Positions 1 through 8,453 of a stretch of 20,000 nt of DNA are shown in pieces. Below the pieces are notes generated by a model that did no database searches, had not been told where the DNA came from, and was given only the letters and a program-made list of their open reading frames with translations. Each line of letters opens with the position of its first letter. Positions within the stretch are counted from its first letter, which is position 1. A program made the position numbers and the translations under genes. Location of the stretch: IMG/VR virus record IMGVR_UViG_3300009169_000002; one strand, 5' to 3'. The DNA is from an uncultured virus (IMG/VR IMGVR_UViG_3300009169_000002) (taxonomy: Duplodnaviria > Heunggongvirae > Uroviricota > Caudoviricetes).

Positions 1-549
1 TGCTGTCGCTGCCCTGCGCGGTGCGTGCGCTGCGCTGCGCTTGGGTGCGGCTTCGGTAGCGGCTGCGGCGGCTGCGTGCTGTTGCCCACGCTGTAGCGAG
101 CGCGCAGTGTGCTTCTGCACCGTTGCCGCAACCTCGGCAGCAGTGGGGGCAGGTAGCGGGTCGCTGAACAGCGTCACCTCCTGCCACTTGGGAACGGACG
201 ACCCGGCAACGTACGAGTATCCAGGCTTCCCGTCGGCGCTCTTGCGCTCGAGCCACTCCGCTTGTGCTTCCGCTTCAGCGGGGTCCGCAGCGCTGACCGG
301 GAACCGTTCAGTGAGGTCCGCCAGCACCATGCGCAGCGAGTGGCTGATTGCGGGGACGTGGTCCGCGTGCGTGGCGTGCTTGTACAGCAGCGCGAGCTCT
401 TGGTCCGTGAAGTCCTTGAACAGCCCTGGATCATCCGTCAGACCGAGCGTGGTCTGCTTGTGCGCGATGAAGTCCAAGTTCGCAACACACCGATAGTCGG
501 CATGCTTGTGAAGGAACTGCATCTTGTCCATGTCGATTGAAATGTACAT
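1..549 (-). CDS. Hypothetical phage protein, 3' end runs off the window (MYISIDMDKMQFLHKHADYRCVANLDF...)
   Basis: Manually translated: ATG at 549 opens a frame with no stop down to base 1. Co-oriented with the neighbouring genes; Ala-rich region at the visible end. Absent from the ORF track because it is truncated. Confidence 0.75.
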   Translation of the reverse strand, partial: MYISIDMDKMQFLHKHADYRCVANLDFIAHKQTTLGLTDDPGLFKDFTDQELALLYKHATHADHVPAISHSLRMVLADLTERFPVSAADPAEAEAQAEWLERKSADGKPGYSYVAGSSVPKWQEVTLFSDPLPAPTAAEVAATVQKHTARSLQRGQQHAAAAAATEAAPKRSAAHAPRRAATA

Positions 550-590
550 GGCGGAACTTTAGCCCATGGTTCGTTTAGAAGCAAGAGGGA

Positions 591-614
591 GGGGAGGGTA
601 TTTCTACCCTCCCC
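591..614 (-). terminator. Perfect 10-bp hairpin (GGGGAGGGTA-GAAA-TACCCTCCCC on the minus strand), weak terminator or processing stem
   Basis: Perfect inverted repeat with a GNRA loop right after the 621 stop codon; only a pyrimidine-rich tail follows, not a clean U tract. Confidence 0.55.
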
Positions 615-620
615 GGCAGG

Positions 621-1103
621 TCACTCCGCACCTTCCTCGTCGGCTTCCGGGGCGGCGACGACCACACCGTTGAACTGCTTCCAGCGCTGATACTGCGTGT
701 AAGCCGTGTTCCGCTGCCAGCTGTTGGCGCGCATGAGGTCGCGGACCACTTCGAACGTCGGGACCGACTTGCTGCTGACCCGGACCGCATCGAGCGCGTC
801 CCAGATTTCGCGGCAGATCGAACCGAGCGACGGCTTGGTGACGCCGTTCTGCTTGGGGCGACCCTTTTCGATCTTGAGCGACTTCTGCACCACCACTTCG
901 CCGGCCGTCTTGGCGCGGATGCTGTGGGTCGGCTTCGGCTGCGGGGCCGGTGCGGGCTCCGACTTGACTGCGGGGGTCTGCACCACTTCGAGGGCGGCCA
1001 GCGCAGCGCGCATGCCGTCGTTGTTGAGGTTGCCGTACTTGACGCCAGCGGCCTTGCAGGCAGCGCGGAGTTCGACCTTACCCATTTCGTTGAAGTTCGT
1101 CAT
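621..1103 (-). CDS. Putative DNA-binding protein: N-terminal SAP/HeH-like helical motif, Pro/Ala linker, C-terminal HTH-like domain
   Basis: Start reassigned to ATG 1103 (AGGAGATTAGGAAC-ATG, own promoter upstream). ELRAACKAAGVK and CREIWDALD...NTAYTQYQRWK patterns. Confidence 0.6.
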   Translation of the reverse strand: MTNFNEMGKVELRAACKAAGVKYGNLNNDGMRAALAALEVVQTPAVKSEPAPAPQPKPTHSIRAKTAGEVVVQKSLKIEKGRPKQNGVTKPSLGSICREIWDALDAVRVSSKSVPTFEVVRDLMRANSWQRNTAYTQYQRWKQFNGVVVAAPEADEEGAE

Positions 1104-1158
1104 GTTCCTAATCTCCTGTTTCTGCGTTGGTGGACCGCAATGCGCTGTCCATGTGTGA

Positions 1159-1187
1159 ATACTAGACGCCTCCCGATCCTGCGTCAA
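1159..1187 (-). promoter_or_regulatory. Sigma70-type promoter TTGACG-17-TAGTAT with A-rich UP element
   Basis: Exact 17-bp spacer. Upstream AAAATAGTTGAAAAAGGTG matches the UP element of the early promoter at 18509. Confidence 0.75.
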
Positions 1188-1252
1188 CACCTTTTTCAAC
1201 TATTTTAGGCGGATTGAGCTAAGTGGCTGATTTTATTCAGATTATAGTTGGT

Positions 1253-3019
1253 TCAGAAGGGGATATCGTCGTCGTAAAAGTTCCCTTCCGTGGGTGTTTT
1301 GGCGCCCGGACGGGGTGCTCGCACCTCAATTGTCGGGGGTTCCATGCTGTCGGAAGCTTCCTGCACCCCAAAAGCGCTCCCATCAAAGCACTGACCGAGG
1401 ATTTCTGGGTATTTCTTATTGACCCAGACCCTCAAATGTGTTGGGGCTTTGAGCATTCCTGATAACTCGATGCCAGCGTTGGTCGACAGCGGAGGCAAGC
1501 TTTCACTTCGCTCACGCCACCAGATGCGCGCCTTGCGACCTGCATACCCGCTGTGCTCGAAGCAAACGAATTCATTGAAGTGTTGCAGACCGCAATAGTA
1601 CGTCACGCGCATGGACGGAGGTGCGCCGAGCTTGGTGTGGAGGCTGAAGGTAATGTGGTCAACCTTGAAGACGTCGACCTGCGGCATCTCTCCGGTGATT
1701 AGTTCTTCGCTGCTCGCACCTTGCTTCAGCTTCGTGCTAATGGGGAACTCGTAACCACAGCCTGCGCAGATGCGAGCGCTCGCGTGATTGTACGTGCCGC
1801 AGCAGTCACAAATCTTAATGGGCGCATCGCCCGTCTTTTCGCCGCGTCGCTTGGGGATGACGGGGTCGTTGATTGGTCCGAGCCTGCGAGTGTTCCCCGC
1901 GTAGTCGAGCACCATGCAATTCCGCTTGCCGCCTAGGCGGATTGCTTCCATGCGCTCGTCATAGTCGGAGATGTTGAAGCCTGGTGCATACAGCGGACGT
2001 GTACCGCGCCCGAGCATCTGCACCCACAGCGGGGTCGACGTAGTGGGACGCAGCATGAGGATGAGGTCGATGCCCGGGAAGTCGATGCCAGTGGTCAGGA
2101 TGTTATTGCTGACCGCGCATTGGAAGCGACCGTTCTTCCAGTCCTGAATCGCGCGATCGCGTCCGTCCATTTTATTGTGGATAGCGATAGCGCTGACACC
2201 GAGCGAGTTCAAGATATCTGCGGTGTGCATCGCGTGCTCGACGCCTGCACAGAAGCCAAGCCAGTGGTGTCGCTCCCCTGCTGAGGCTTCAATTGCTTCC
2301 CTGCATGCGCGCTCCGTTAGCTCGTCGCGGTCAACTGCGTTCTGCAATTCAGCAGGAATGAAGTCACCGCCGCGGATGTGTACACCGTCAACGTCCAGGA
2401 TTGTTTGCGTGCGCCTGGGGATAAGCGGACACAGGTAACCTTCATGAATGAGGCGGTTGAACGCTTCCATGTGTGTAATGTCGAAGCAAAAGTCCGTGAA
2501 CAGCCCACCCTCCGTGAGCTTGCCGAGCCCCATGCGCCACGGGGTTGCAGTGAACCCTATTACCTTGAGGTGTGGGTTCACCGAACGCAGGTCGTCTAGG
2601 AACGTGCGGTACATGGTGTCATCGCTTGGGCTGACGAGGTGTGCTTCATCGATAAGCACAAGGTCCACATGCCCGAACTGCGGTGCGTACTTCGCCACCG
2701 ACCCGATGCCTGCGAAGATGATAGGATTCACCGTGTCGCGCTGCCGGAGTCCCGCGCTGTTCACGCCAGCGGGTGCGTGCGGCCACAGGTGTATGAGCTT
2801 CGCGTAGTTCTGCTGAATAAGTTCCTTGACGTGCGTGAGGCACAGGATTTTCTGTCGCGGGTATTGCTTGAATACCGTCTCTAGGAACAGCGCAATGACA
2901 ACAGACTTGCCCGTACCAGTGGGCATCGCGATAAGAGGGTTGCCCGTCTTACCGGATGCGAAGTAGCTGAATACGGATTCGCTTGCTTCAACTTGGTATT
3001 GGTGCGGGACTAGACGCAT
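1253..3019 (-). CDS. Superfamily 2 DEAH helicase, RadD/YejH-like, with Zn finger and C-terminal DDDIPF tail
   Basis: Walker A PTGTGKS, IDEAH, TATP, LTTGIDFP, QMLGRGTR, LDYAGN and CDCC...CAGC Zn finger. Confidence 0.92.
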   Translation of the reverse strand: MRLVPHQYQVEASESVFSYFASGKTGNPLIAMPTGTGKSVVIALFLETVFKQYPRQKILCLTHVKELIQQNYAKLIHLWPHAPAGVNSAGLRQRDTVNPIIFAGIGSVAKYAPQFGHVDLVLIDEAHLVSPSDDTMYRTFLDDLRSVNPHLKVIGFTATPWRMGLGKLTEGGLFTDFCFDITHMEAFNRLIHEGYLCPLIPRRTQTILDVDGVHIRGGDFIPAELQNAVDRDELTERACREAIEASAGERHHWLGFCAGVEHAMHTADILNSLGVSAIAIHNKMDGRDRAIQDWKNGRFQCAVSNNILTTGIDFPGIDLILMLRPTTSTPLWVQMLGRGTRPLYAPGFNISDYDERMEAIRLGGKRNCMVLDYAGNTRRLGPINDPVIPKRRGEKTGDAPIKICDCCGTYNHASARICAGCGYEFPISTKLKQGASSEELITGEMPQVDVFKVDHITFSLHTKLGAPPSMRVTYYCGLQHFNEFVCFEHSGYAGRKARIWWRERSESLPPLSTNAGIELSGMLKAPTHLRVWVNKKYPEILGQCFDGSAFGVQEASDSMEPPTIEVRAPRPGAKTPTEGNFYDDDIPF

Positions 3020-3999
3020 CAGATCCCCGGCTTGGTTGCGTAGTGCTCGCAGCCCGTCAGCTGCGTCGCTTTGTCCAACTCGATCTCACGCAAGCTGCAA
3101 TGCCACTTGGCGCCCGGAACGCCCAACACAGGTCGGCTGAACGCGCACGTTCGGCAGTTGACTTCGGGTTGCTTGTTGAGGTGGCAGACTGGCATGTGGT
3201 CACAGAACTTGCACTTCCAAAAGCCGGGCGACTCGCTGAGTCGCTTCGGGGGTTGGTCGAGCGCGATGAGTTGCGCACCCCTGTCAAGAAACTGGTCAGC
3301 GAAGCGCGTGTCAAGCGGCACGAGCTCACAGTATATATCGTCCGTGTTCTTATTCACAGCGACGTACAAGCAAACCGCAAGACCCATCTTGCGCATGTAC
3401 ACTTGCATCTGGACGTAGTGGTCGGGCTTCGCTTCCTTGACGCCTTCACCGTCGAACTGCACGTTGGCTGACTTGAAGCCGAACTTATAGTCTAGATGCT
3501 TGCGCCAACTTTCGCCGGCAAGCTTGGTGAATGACTTTTCGTTGTGCGTCTTGAACTCACCGAGCACGGGTGTCCCGGGCTGCACGTCAGGCAAGCGCAT
3601 GACCACACCGTCGCCGCTGCCACCCATGTGACCGTCCGCGTGCGTGATGCGGAACTGTTTACCGTGTTCGTCCTGCTGATACATTTCGCAGCCCATCGTC
3701 AGGAGCAGCGCAATGAAGCGTCCCTCCTCGATGTGACCGCGATTAAACAAACGCAGCATCTGTCCGCTGAAACTGGACTGCGTAGTCCAGCGGAAGTCAT
3801 ACCAGATAGCGCGAGCACAGTCCTTGCCGACAATGCTTGCGCCTAGATGCGTGCGAAAGCCTTCCTCATCGCTGCGGTATGCGTCGCTGATGTGCGGCAG
3901 CACCTCACGCAGCTTCGCGCGGTAAGCATTGCCTTGATCAACGCGGATGCAGCGGTCCATCTCGCGTAGCGTTTCGTATGGGAGAATAACGGAGGCCAT
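3019..3999 (-). CDS. Cas4-like/RecB-family PD-(D/E)XK exonuclease (phage, CRISPR-independent)
   Basis: N-terminal Cys (CARAIWY), GH..E, GSGDG, EFKT, QMQVYM and CKFCDHMPVC Fe-S-type cluster, plus an extra C-terminal CRTC...C...C. Confidence 0.85.
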   Translation of the reverse strand: MASVILPYETLREMDRCIRVDQGNAYRAKLREVLPHISDAYRSDEEGFRTHLGASIVGKDCARAIWYDFRWTTQSSFSGQMLRLFNRGHIEEGRFIALLLTMGCEMYQQDEHGKQFRITHADGHMGGSGDGVVMRLPDVQPGTPVLGEFKTHNEKSFTKLAGESWRKHLDYKFGFKSANVQFDGEGVKEAKPDHYVQMQVYMRKMGLAVCLYVAVNKNTDDIYCELVPLDTRFADQFLDRGAQLIALDQPPKRLSESPGFWKCKFCDHMPVCHLNKQPEVNCRTCAFSRPVLGVPGAKWHCSLREIELDKATQLTGCEHYATKPGI

Positions 4000-4012
4000 G
4001 CTTACTCCAGAT

Positions 4013-4043
4013 AAAAAGGGGCACGCTGTTTAGGCGTGCCCCT
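4013..4043 (-). terminator. Intrinsic terminator after the DUF669 gene
   Basis: Minus strand AGGGGCACGC-CTAAACA-GCGTGCCCCT followed by a T run. Confidence 0.8.
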
Positions 4044-4065
4044 GTCGACCGCAACGCTCAGTCAG

Positions 4066-4863
4066 TTACGAGCGCGGCTGCTGCCACGGAGGAACTGCGC
4101 CCTGCGCCGGGTGTGCCGGCTGCGGAGGCGTCGGTGCGGCAGCGGGTGCGGCACCCTGCTGCGGGGGCTGCGCCTGCCAGGCTTGACCACCGTTCGGCGG
4201 CGTCCACGGACCGGGAGCGGGTCCAGGGCCTGCCTCGGGTGCTGCGGGTGCTGCGGCCCACGGCTGAGCGGCTGCCGGAGGTGCCCAAGCACCCTGTGGC
4301 GGCTGCTGCGGTGCTGCCTGCGGTGCAGGAGGAGCACCCCACTGCTGAGCAGGGGCAACCGGCGGCGGCGCACCCCAACCCGCAGGCGCTGCGGCAGGGG
4401 GAGGCGGATACGCGCCCGGCTGCGGGTACGCAGCGGGAGCAGCGGCGACCGCGGAACTGCCAACGACCTCGTTGACGTTCTTGTACGAGGTGACCTCATT
4501 GTTGTCCTCGTACTCGCCGTCACCCTTCCGCAGCTTGACCTTCAGCTGGAGCGGGATGCCGTGGAGCTGCGAGCTGTCCGCGACCTGCAACACGCCGACA
4601 GCGTGGGCAATCGCGCTGAGCTGCTTGAACCCGATCTCCTGCGCGACAGCGTTCGCGTTGCGCAGGTTGAGGCGCGTGAACAGCTTCCGTCCCATGTAGG
4701 GACCGTCGATGATGGTGAAGCGGCAGTTCAAGTAGGCGCCGTCGCCAGCCTTGGTGGGCTTCATTTCCGATTCGTCCATCACCGCCTTGTACCAACCTGC
4801 CGGCACGGGGTCGAACCCGATGTCGTGCGGGACGTTGGTTGCGTCGAAATTCAGCTGAGCCAT
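4066..4863 (-). CDS. DUF669-family ssDNA-binding-like protein with long Pro/Ala/Gln/Trp low-complexity tail
   Basis: FDPVPAGWYKA...G.YL...FTIIDGPYMGRKLF..LNL pattern; lies next to a Sak4-like ATPase, the usual context for this family. Confidence 0.85.
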   Translation of the reverse strand: MAQLNFDATNVPHDIGFDPVPAGWYKAVMDESEMKPTKAGDGAYLNCRFTIIDGPYMGRKLFTRLNLRNANAVAQEIGFKQLSAIAHAVGVLQVADSSQLHGIPLQLKVKLRKGDGEYEDNNEVTSYKNVNEVVGSSAVAAAPAAYPQPGAYPPPPAAAPAGWGAPPPVAPAQQWGAPPAPQAAPQQPPQGAWAPPAAAQPWAAAPAAPEAGPGPAPGPWTPPNGGQAWQAQPPQQGAAPAAAPTPPQPAHPAQGAVPPWQQPRS

Positions 4864-4875
4864 GTTGTCTCCTGT

Positions 4876-5712
4876 TTACCTTGTGAACACATCGATTCCG
4901 CTTGACTGATGCAGCACGCCTGCAAGCGTGTTCCAACCATTCGCCGGGGGCGCTGGAATCGTGTATTCCCCCGTGATGCCAAACCTGTTGCCTGCAATAT
5001 AGCCCGGCGTCCGCGAGAAGCCAAGGACTCGTCCCTTGTTCTGCGAGACTGCCTTGACCATACCTTCCGCTTTGCTAACGAAGACGGGTTCGTACAGGAA
5101 GCCGACGATGTCCGCCCACTGCGTGATGCGTTCGCGCTTGCCGTACGTTTTCTGATTCTTGGGGGAGTGCAGCAGCAAGTCCCACGAGTCGTATTCACCG
5201 GACGTCGGGTCCATTACTTTGGACGCGAATACGTGGCACGTTATCACGATGTTGATGCCTGCATACACAGCGAGCGAGTCGCACATTTGCAGGAACTGGT
5301 CGAACTCCTCGTTGGCGAGGTTGTACGCTTTGCCGTAGCCACCGTGGGCGCTTTCCATGGTGATGACTTTCTTGCTGCCCGGACGGTACGCAGGGTCACG
5401 CCGAATTATAGCGTCGTGGATGGAGCGCTCGAGTGCAGTACCGCTGTCGAATATGATTGTGCGGTAGGCGAACTGACCGCGCTGTGCAGCCTGCGTCACC
5501 TCCGCCATGAACTGCAAGAGTTCTTCCCACGTCTGAAGCATCGGTGTCTTGGCGACGTTCACGCCACCGAACCCAACCTCGAGCGGGACAAGCAACGCGC
5601 CCGGAGCACCGGCGCACAGGGTTGTCTTGCCCATTTTTTCTTGACCTGCGACGACGATGCGGAGGCCGCTACGTGTCACGCCAGTTGAAACCGATCCGAG
5701 GATGCTGCTCAT
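4876..5712 (-). CDS. Sak4-like AAA_24 ATPase (ssDNA annealing/recombinase)
   Basis: Walker A GQEKMGKTT, TIIFDS Walker B, GGYGKAY, ITCH and WADIVGFL motifs; synteny with DUF669, nuclease and helicase. Confidence 0.85.
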   Translation of the reverse strand: MSSILGSVSTGVTRSGLRIVVAGQEKMGKTTLCAGAPGALLVPLEVGFGGVNVAKTPMLQTWEELLQFMAEVTQAAQRGQFAYRTIIFDSGTALERSIHDAIIRRDPAYRPGSKKVITMESAHGGYGKAYNLANEEFDQFLQMCDSLAVYAGINIVITCHVFASKVMDPTSGEYDSWDLLLHSPKNQKTYGKRERITQWADIVGFLYEPVFVSKAEGMVKAVSQNKGRVLGFSRTPGYIAGNRFGITGEYTIPAPPANGWNTLAGVLHQSSGIDVFTR

Positions 5713-5736
5713 TGTTGTCCCTTAGTAGAGCGAAAC

Positions 5737-5765
5737 ATTATACGGTGTTCTCGTAGTTCCTGCAA
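5737..5765 (-). promoter_or_regulatory. Sigma70-type promoter TTGCAG-17-TATAAT for the Sak4 operon
   Basis: Consensus -10, 17-bp spacer, intergenic position. Confidence 0.75.
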
Positions 5766-5770
5766 TGCAA

Positions 5771-6001
5771 TCACGTTGCGAGCGTAGCTCCGCACTCCGG
5801 GCATTCTGCGGGGAAGGTTTCTATCTTGTCCTCCGCATCTTGAAGTTCTTCTTGCAGCGATAACTCCATTTCTCCGCGACGAGTCAACACTTCCTGCATG
5901 TGCGGACCCACACCTCGGATCAACCTGAGCTCCGCATAATGCTCGAACTCTTCAACGGAGAGGTGCTTCGCCTGTTCCTGCGTAAATTTGAACTGATGCA
6001 T
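5771..6001 (-). CDS. Small hypothetical protein (76 aa) with short coiled coil and C-terminal CPECG
   Basis: ATG at 6001 directly after the ligase stop codon (MHQFKFTQ...). Confidence 0.65.
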   Translation of the reverse strand: MHQFKFTQEQAKHLSVEEFEHYAELRLIRGVGPHMQEVLTRRGEMELSLQEELQDAEDKIETFPAECPECGATLAT

Positions 6002-6002
6002 G

Positions 6003-6887
6003 TTAGAGGTCCGCGCTGTCTCGGAAGCCTTTGAACACGGGGAAGCGCGGCGCCACTTTGACACCGAGCTCGAACGACTTGTACGTCACGAGCATACCGA
6101 TGAGCGCGTTCCCCATCGTCCACAACCGCTTGCGCAGCGCGTCGTCATAGCCCGTGCCGATGCTGAACTCAACCCCTGTCTTGATGTCCCTGACGCGCAG
6201 TGCGCCAAGCGTGTCCATCGGTACGAGGTTGGCCTTGTGCGAGCTACGCTCCGTGCGGCCGAGCGCGTTGATGGTGGCCTCGTTGCCGTTGTGCATGCGC
6301 TCCTCCAAGCCGATGACCACAGCTTCCGCGTCTGCGAATCGCTTGACCTTGAGCAGCGTTCCTTCGCGTGCGGTGCTGCGACCGTACTTGTATGGACCGT
6401 TTACGCTGCGCAGCATCACGCCTTCGAAACCCTGCCCCACGATGCTAGACTCGTAGACGGCCAGTTCTTCCGCGTTGTGGAGCAGCACTTGCGTGAGCAG
6501 TCGCACGCGCGGGTGACGCTCGAGGAACGCTGTGGTCAACCCCGTGTGCAGACCCTTCAGCCTGTAGCTGTAGGGCTGCGTCGGGTCGTTCCAGTAGTCG
6601 AACACCCAGAACACGAAGTCCGGCACACCGTCGCGCGACATGACGCCGCTCGTGGTCGCTTGCATCACGTTGGGCGCGTTAGCGGGTCCAACCGTAAGCT
6701 CACCGTCGAGGCCTTCCAACGCTTCCAAGTCCATCGAGTCCTGTACGAACCCGTTCGGTATCGGTTTGAGGGAGCGGGACAGGAGCAGCCCGTCCTTCAC
6801 TACCGCACGAATCCCGTCAATCTTCGGACTCGCATAAACAGGGAAGACTATTTGGGCAGGGGCCTCGACGGCAAGCATAGGTTTCAT
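6003..6887 (-). CDS. ATP-dependent DNA ligase (minimal type)
   Basis: Motif I SPKIDGIR, LDGEL, FWVFD, FEGVMLR, LLKVKRF and RFPVF. Confidence 0.93.
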   Translation of the reverse strand: MKPMLAVEAPAQIVFPVYASPKIDGIRAVVKDGLLLSRSLKPIPNGFVQDSMDLEALEGLDGELTVGPANAPNVMQATTSGVMSRDGVPDFVFWVFDYWNDPTQPYSYRLKGLHTGLTTAFLERHPRVRLLTQVLLHNAEELAVYESSIVGQGFEGVMLRSVNGPYKYGRSTAREGTLLKVKRFADAEAVVIGLEERMHNGNEATINALGRTERSSHKANLVPMDTLGALRVRDIKTGVEFSIGTGYDDALRKRLWTMGNALIGMLVTYKSFELGVKVAPRFPVFKGFRDSADL

Positions 6888-7087
6888 GCGATTCGCTCCA
6901 TTCGGTACTGCATTGCACCGTTAGGCAGAGGATAGCAGAACAAAGCTGCAACGGGCAAGCCCAAAGTTCTACGCACAGCAATCGTAAGTGGCTTTGGGGG
7001 AATCACACTTACTTCTGAATCAGCTATGAACTGCTCCGTGCGCTTGCGAGCAACACGTTCGGCTTCTGCAACCTGCCATGACTTCAT
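6884..7087 (-). CDS. Small hypothetical protein (67 aa)
   Basis: Stop overlaps the ligase start (ATGA); AAGGGG RBS-like sequence upstream. Confidence 0.55.
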   Translation of the reverse strand: MKSWQVAEAERVARKRTEQFIADSEVSVIPPKPLTIAVRRTLGLPVAALFCYPLPNGAMQYRMERIA

Positions 7088-7103
7088 TGTTCTAACCCCT
7101 TAG

Positions 7104-7132
7104 AAAAGTTCCCCCGCCGAAGCGGGGGAACT
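7104..7132 (-). terminator. Intrinsic terminator with UUCG loop
   Basis: Minus strand AGTTCCCCCGC-TTCG-GCGGGGGAACT followed by TTT. Confidence 0.85.
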
Positions 7133-7207
7133 CTCATTCATCGATCGGCTGAACGTCGAACGTTAGGTCAACGCCGATCTTGAAACAGCCGATTGTGAGT
7201 CGGCCCT

Positions 7208-7534
7208 TTACTCGACCGCGCCATCCGTCGGGGCATCCGGAGGGCTGATGTCGAAAGTCTGGTTGTCGACCTCGAGGAAACCGGACTCGTTGCCTGCGTC
7301 GTCCACCGCAGTGATGTGGATGTCGTACTGCCCGTCCAGGCCCTGCGCCTGCGGGATGTTCGAGAACGGGATGCGGCTGTAGCCGTCCGCGTCCACCACC
7401 GGCGGGGGCAGGTCATCGAACGGGGTGTCGTACACCGCTTCCGTGTTCGCCGGGCGAATGCGGATGCGGTTCAGCACCACATCCGCAGCCGTCGACTGAC
7501 GGAAGCGGAGGGTGAGTTCCTTGATCTTGGCCAT
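7208..7534 (-). CDS. Small fibronectin-III/Ig-like domain protein, no signal peptide (108 aa)
   Basis: Strong AGGAG RBS before ATG 7534; YDIHITAVDDAGNES Fn3-type strand motif. Confidence 0.7.
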   Translation of the reverse strand: MAKIKELTLRFRQSTAADVVLNRIRIRPANTEAVYDTPFDDLPPPVVDADGYSRIPFSNIPQAQGLDGQYDIHITAVDDAGNESGFLEVDNQTFDISPPDAPTDGAVE

Positions 7535-7550
7535 GTCGTCGTTTCTCCTG

Positions 7551-8012
7551 TTACGGGGTTTCGATTGCACCGTCCGATGGCGCCTCAATTGTGCCATCGG
7601 TTGGTCCGGGGAATCGGACAGTCGTACACGCGACGCCCGAGTAATCTGATTCAGCGTTCTTAGCGTCCACCGCTGTGACTGCATAACACTGTTCGCCGCG
7701 CGGTTCGGTTACGAGCTTGAGCTCGAGCCCTGCTGTTTCTGCAAGCCGCGTAAAGCCGTCTGTGACCTTGCGATATACGCGGTACTTGACGGGCTTCTGG
7801 TCTGTCGCGATGACGGTGCTGTCTACGTTGTGCGTCGGTGCAGTCCACGACAAGCACACCTCATGCGACTTGCATGTCAGCGTCTGTGCGGGTGTGACCA
7901 CAGCGTACAGCAACGCCGCGAGCCCGAGTATGATAGCGTAGCGCAGCGGCATGCAGAAATACCCAACGGGCGGCGGGGACAACAGCTTGCGCGCAAAGCT
8001 GCGCACGGTCAA
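7551..8012 (-). CDS. Exported or membrane-anchored fibronectin-III domain protein (start TTG 8012 or ATG 7952)
   Basis: Hydrophobic segment YAIILGLAALLYAVV, then LSWTAP, YRVYR and CYAVTAVDAKNAES Fn3 motifs with paired cysteines. Confidence 0.75.
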   Translation of the reverse strand: MTVRSFARKLLSPPPVGYFCMPLRYAIILGLAALLYAVVTPAQTLTCKSHEVCLSWTAPTHNVDSTVIATDQKPVKYRVYRKVTDGFTRLAETAGLELKLVTEPRGEQCYAVTAVDAKNAESDYSGVACTTVRFPGPTDGTIEAPSDGAIETP

Positions 8013-8449
8013 CCCTGTTCTGCTTTACGACGCGCACGCATTGCGGTCTTCGCACGTTGATCGCATGCACGGTTCGCAGCGAAGCGCGGCTCTGCATGTG
8101 CGGTGTGCCCCTTCACATGCTTGAAGCGGACGGTGATCTTGCCACGCTTGCACAGCGAGTGAAACACGTCCGTGACTGGACACTTGGGAGTGGCTTGCAG
8201 CAACTCGATGGCGCCCATGCAGTCCGTCTGGATTAGCACCTCGTCGCCTGCCTCGATTAGCTTGTGCTTGAATCCATCGAGCAGCGCGTTACAGACCGCC
8301 ATCATCTCCGCAAGCATGGAGCTCGACACCTTGTCGCGCATCGGTCCTCCGCCCGGGAGCTTGCCGCGTTCGCAGGCTATCCAATAGCCGTAACCTGCGA
8401 CGCGGTGCTCGGGGCAGAAAGAAGCGTCCGCTATGATGGTGACGCGCAT
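8009..8449 (-). CDS. Ribonuclease HI-like protein
   Basis: Start reassigned to ATG 8449 (MRVTIIADAS). Catalytic D (DAS), E (LAEM) and D (QTDC), plus HVKGH and N..CD..A. Confidence 0.88.
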   Translation of the reverse strand: MRVTIIADASFCPEHRVAGYGYWIACERGKLPGGGPMRDKVSSSMLAEMMAVCNALLDGFKHKLIEAGDEVLIQTDCMGAIELLQATPKCPVTDVFHSLCKRGKITVRFKHVKGHTAHAEPRFAANRACDQRAKTAMRARRKAEQG

Positions 8450-8453
8450 TCGC

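Noticed and set aside
3019..3999. CRISPR-Cas system implied by the Cas4-like gene
   Set aside because: No cas1/cas2 or array; solo Cas4-like nucleases beside Sak4 and SSB genes are common in phage recombination modules.
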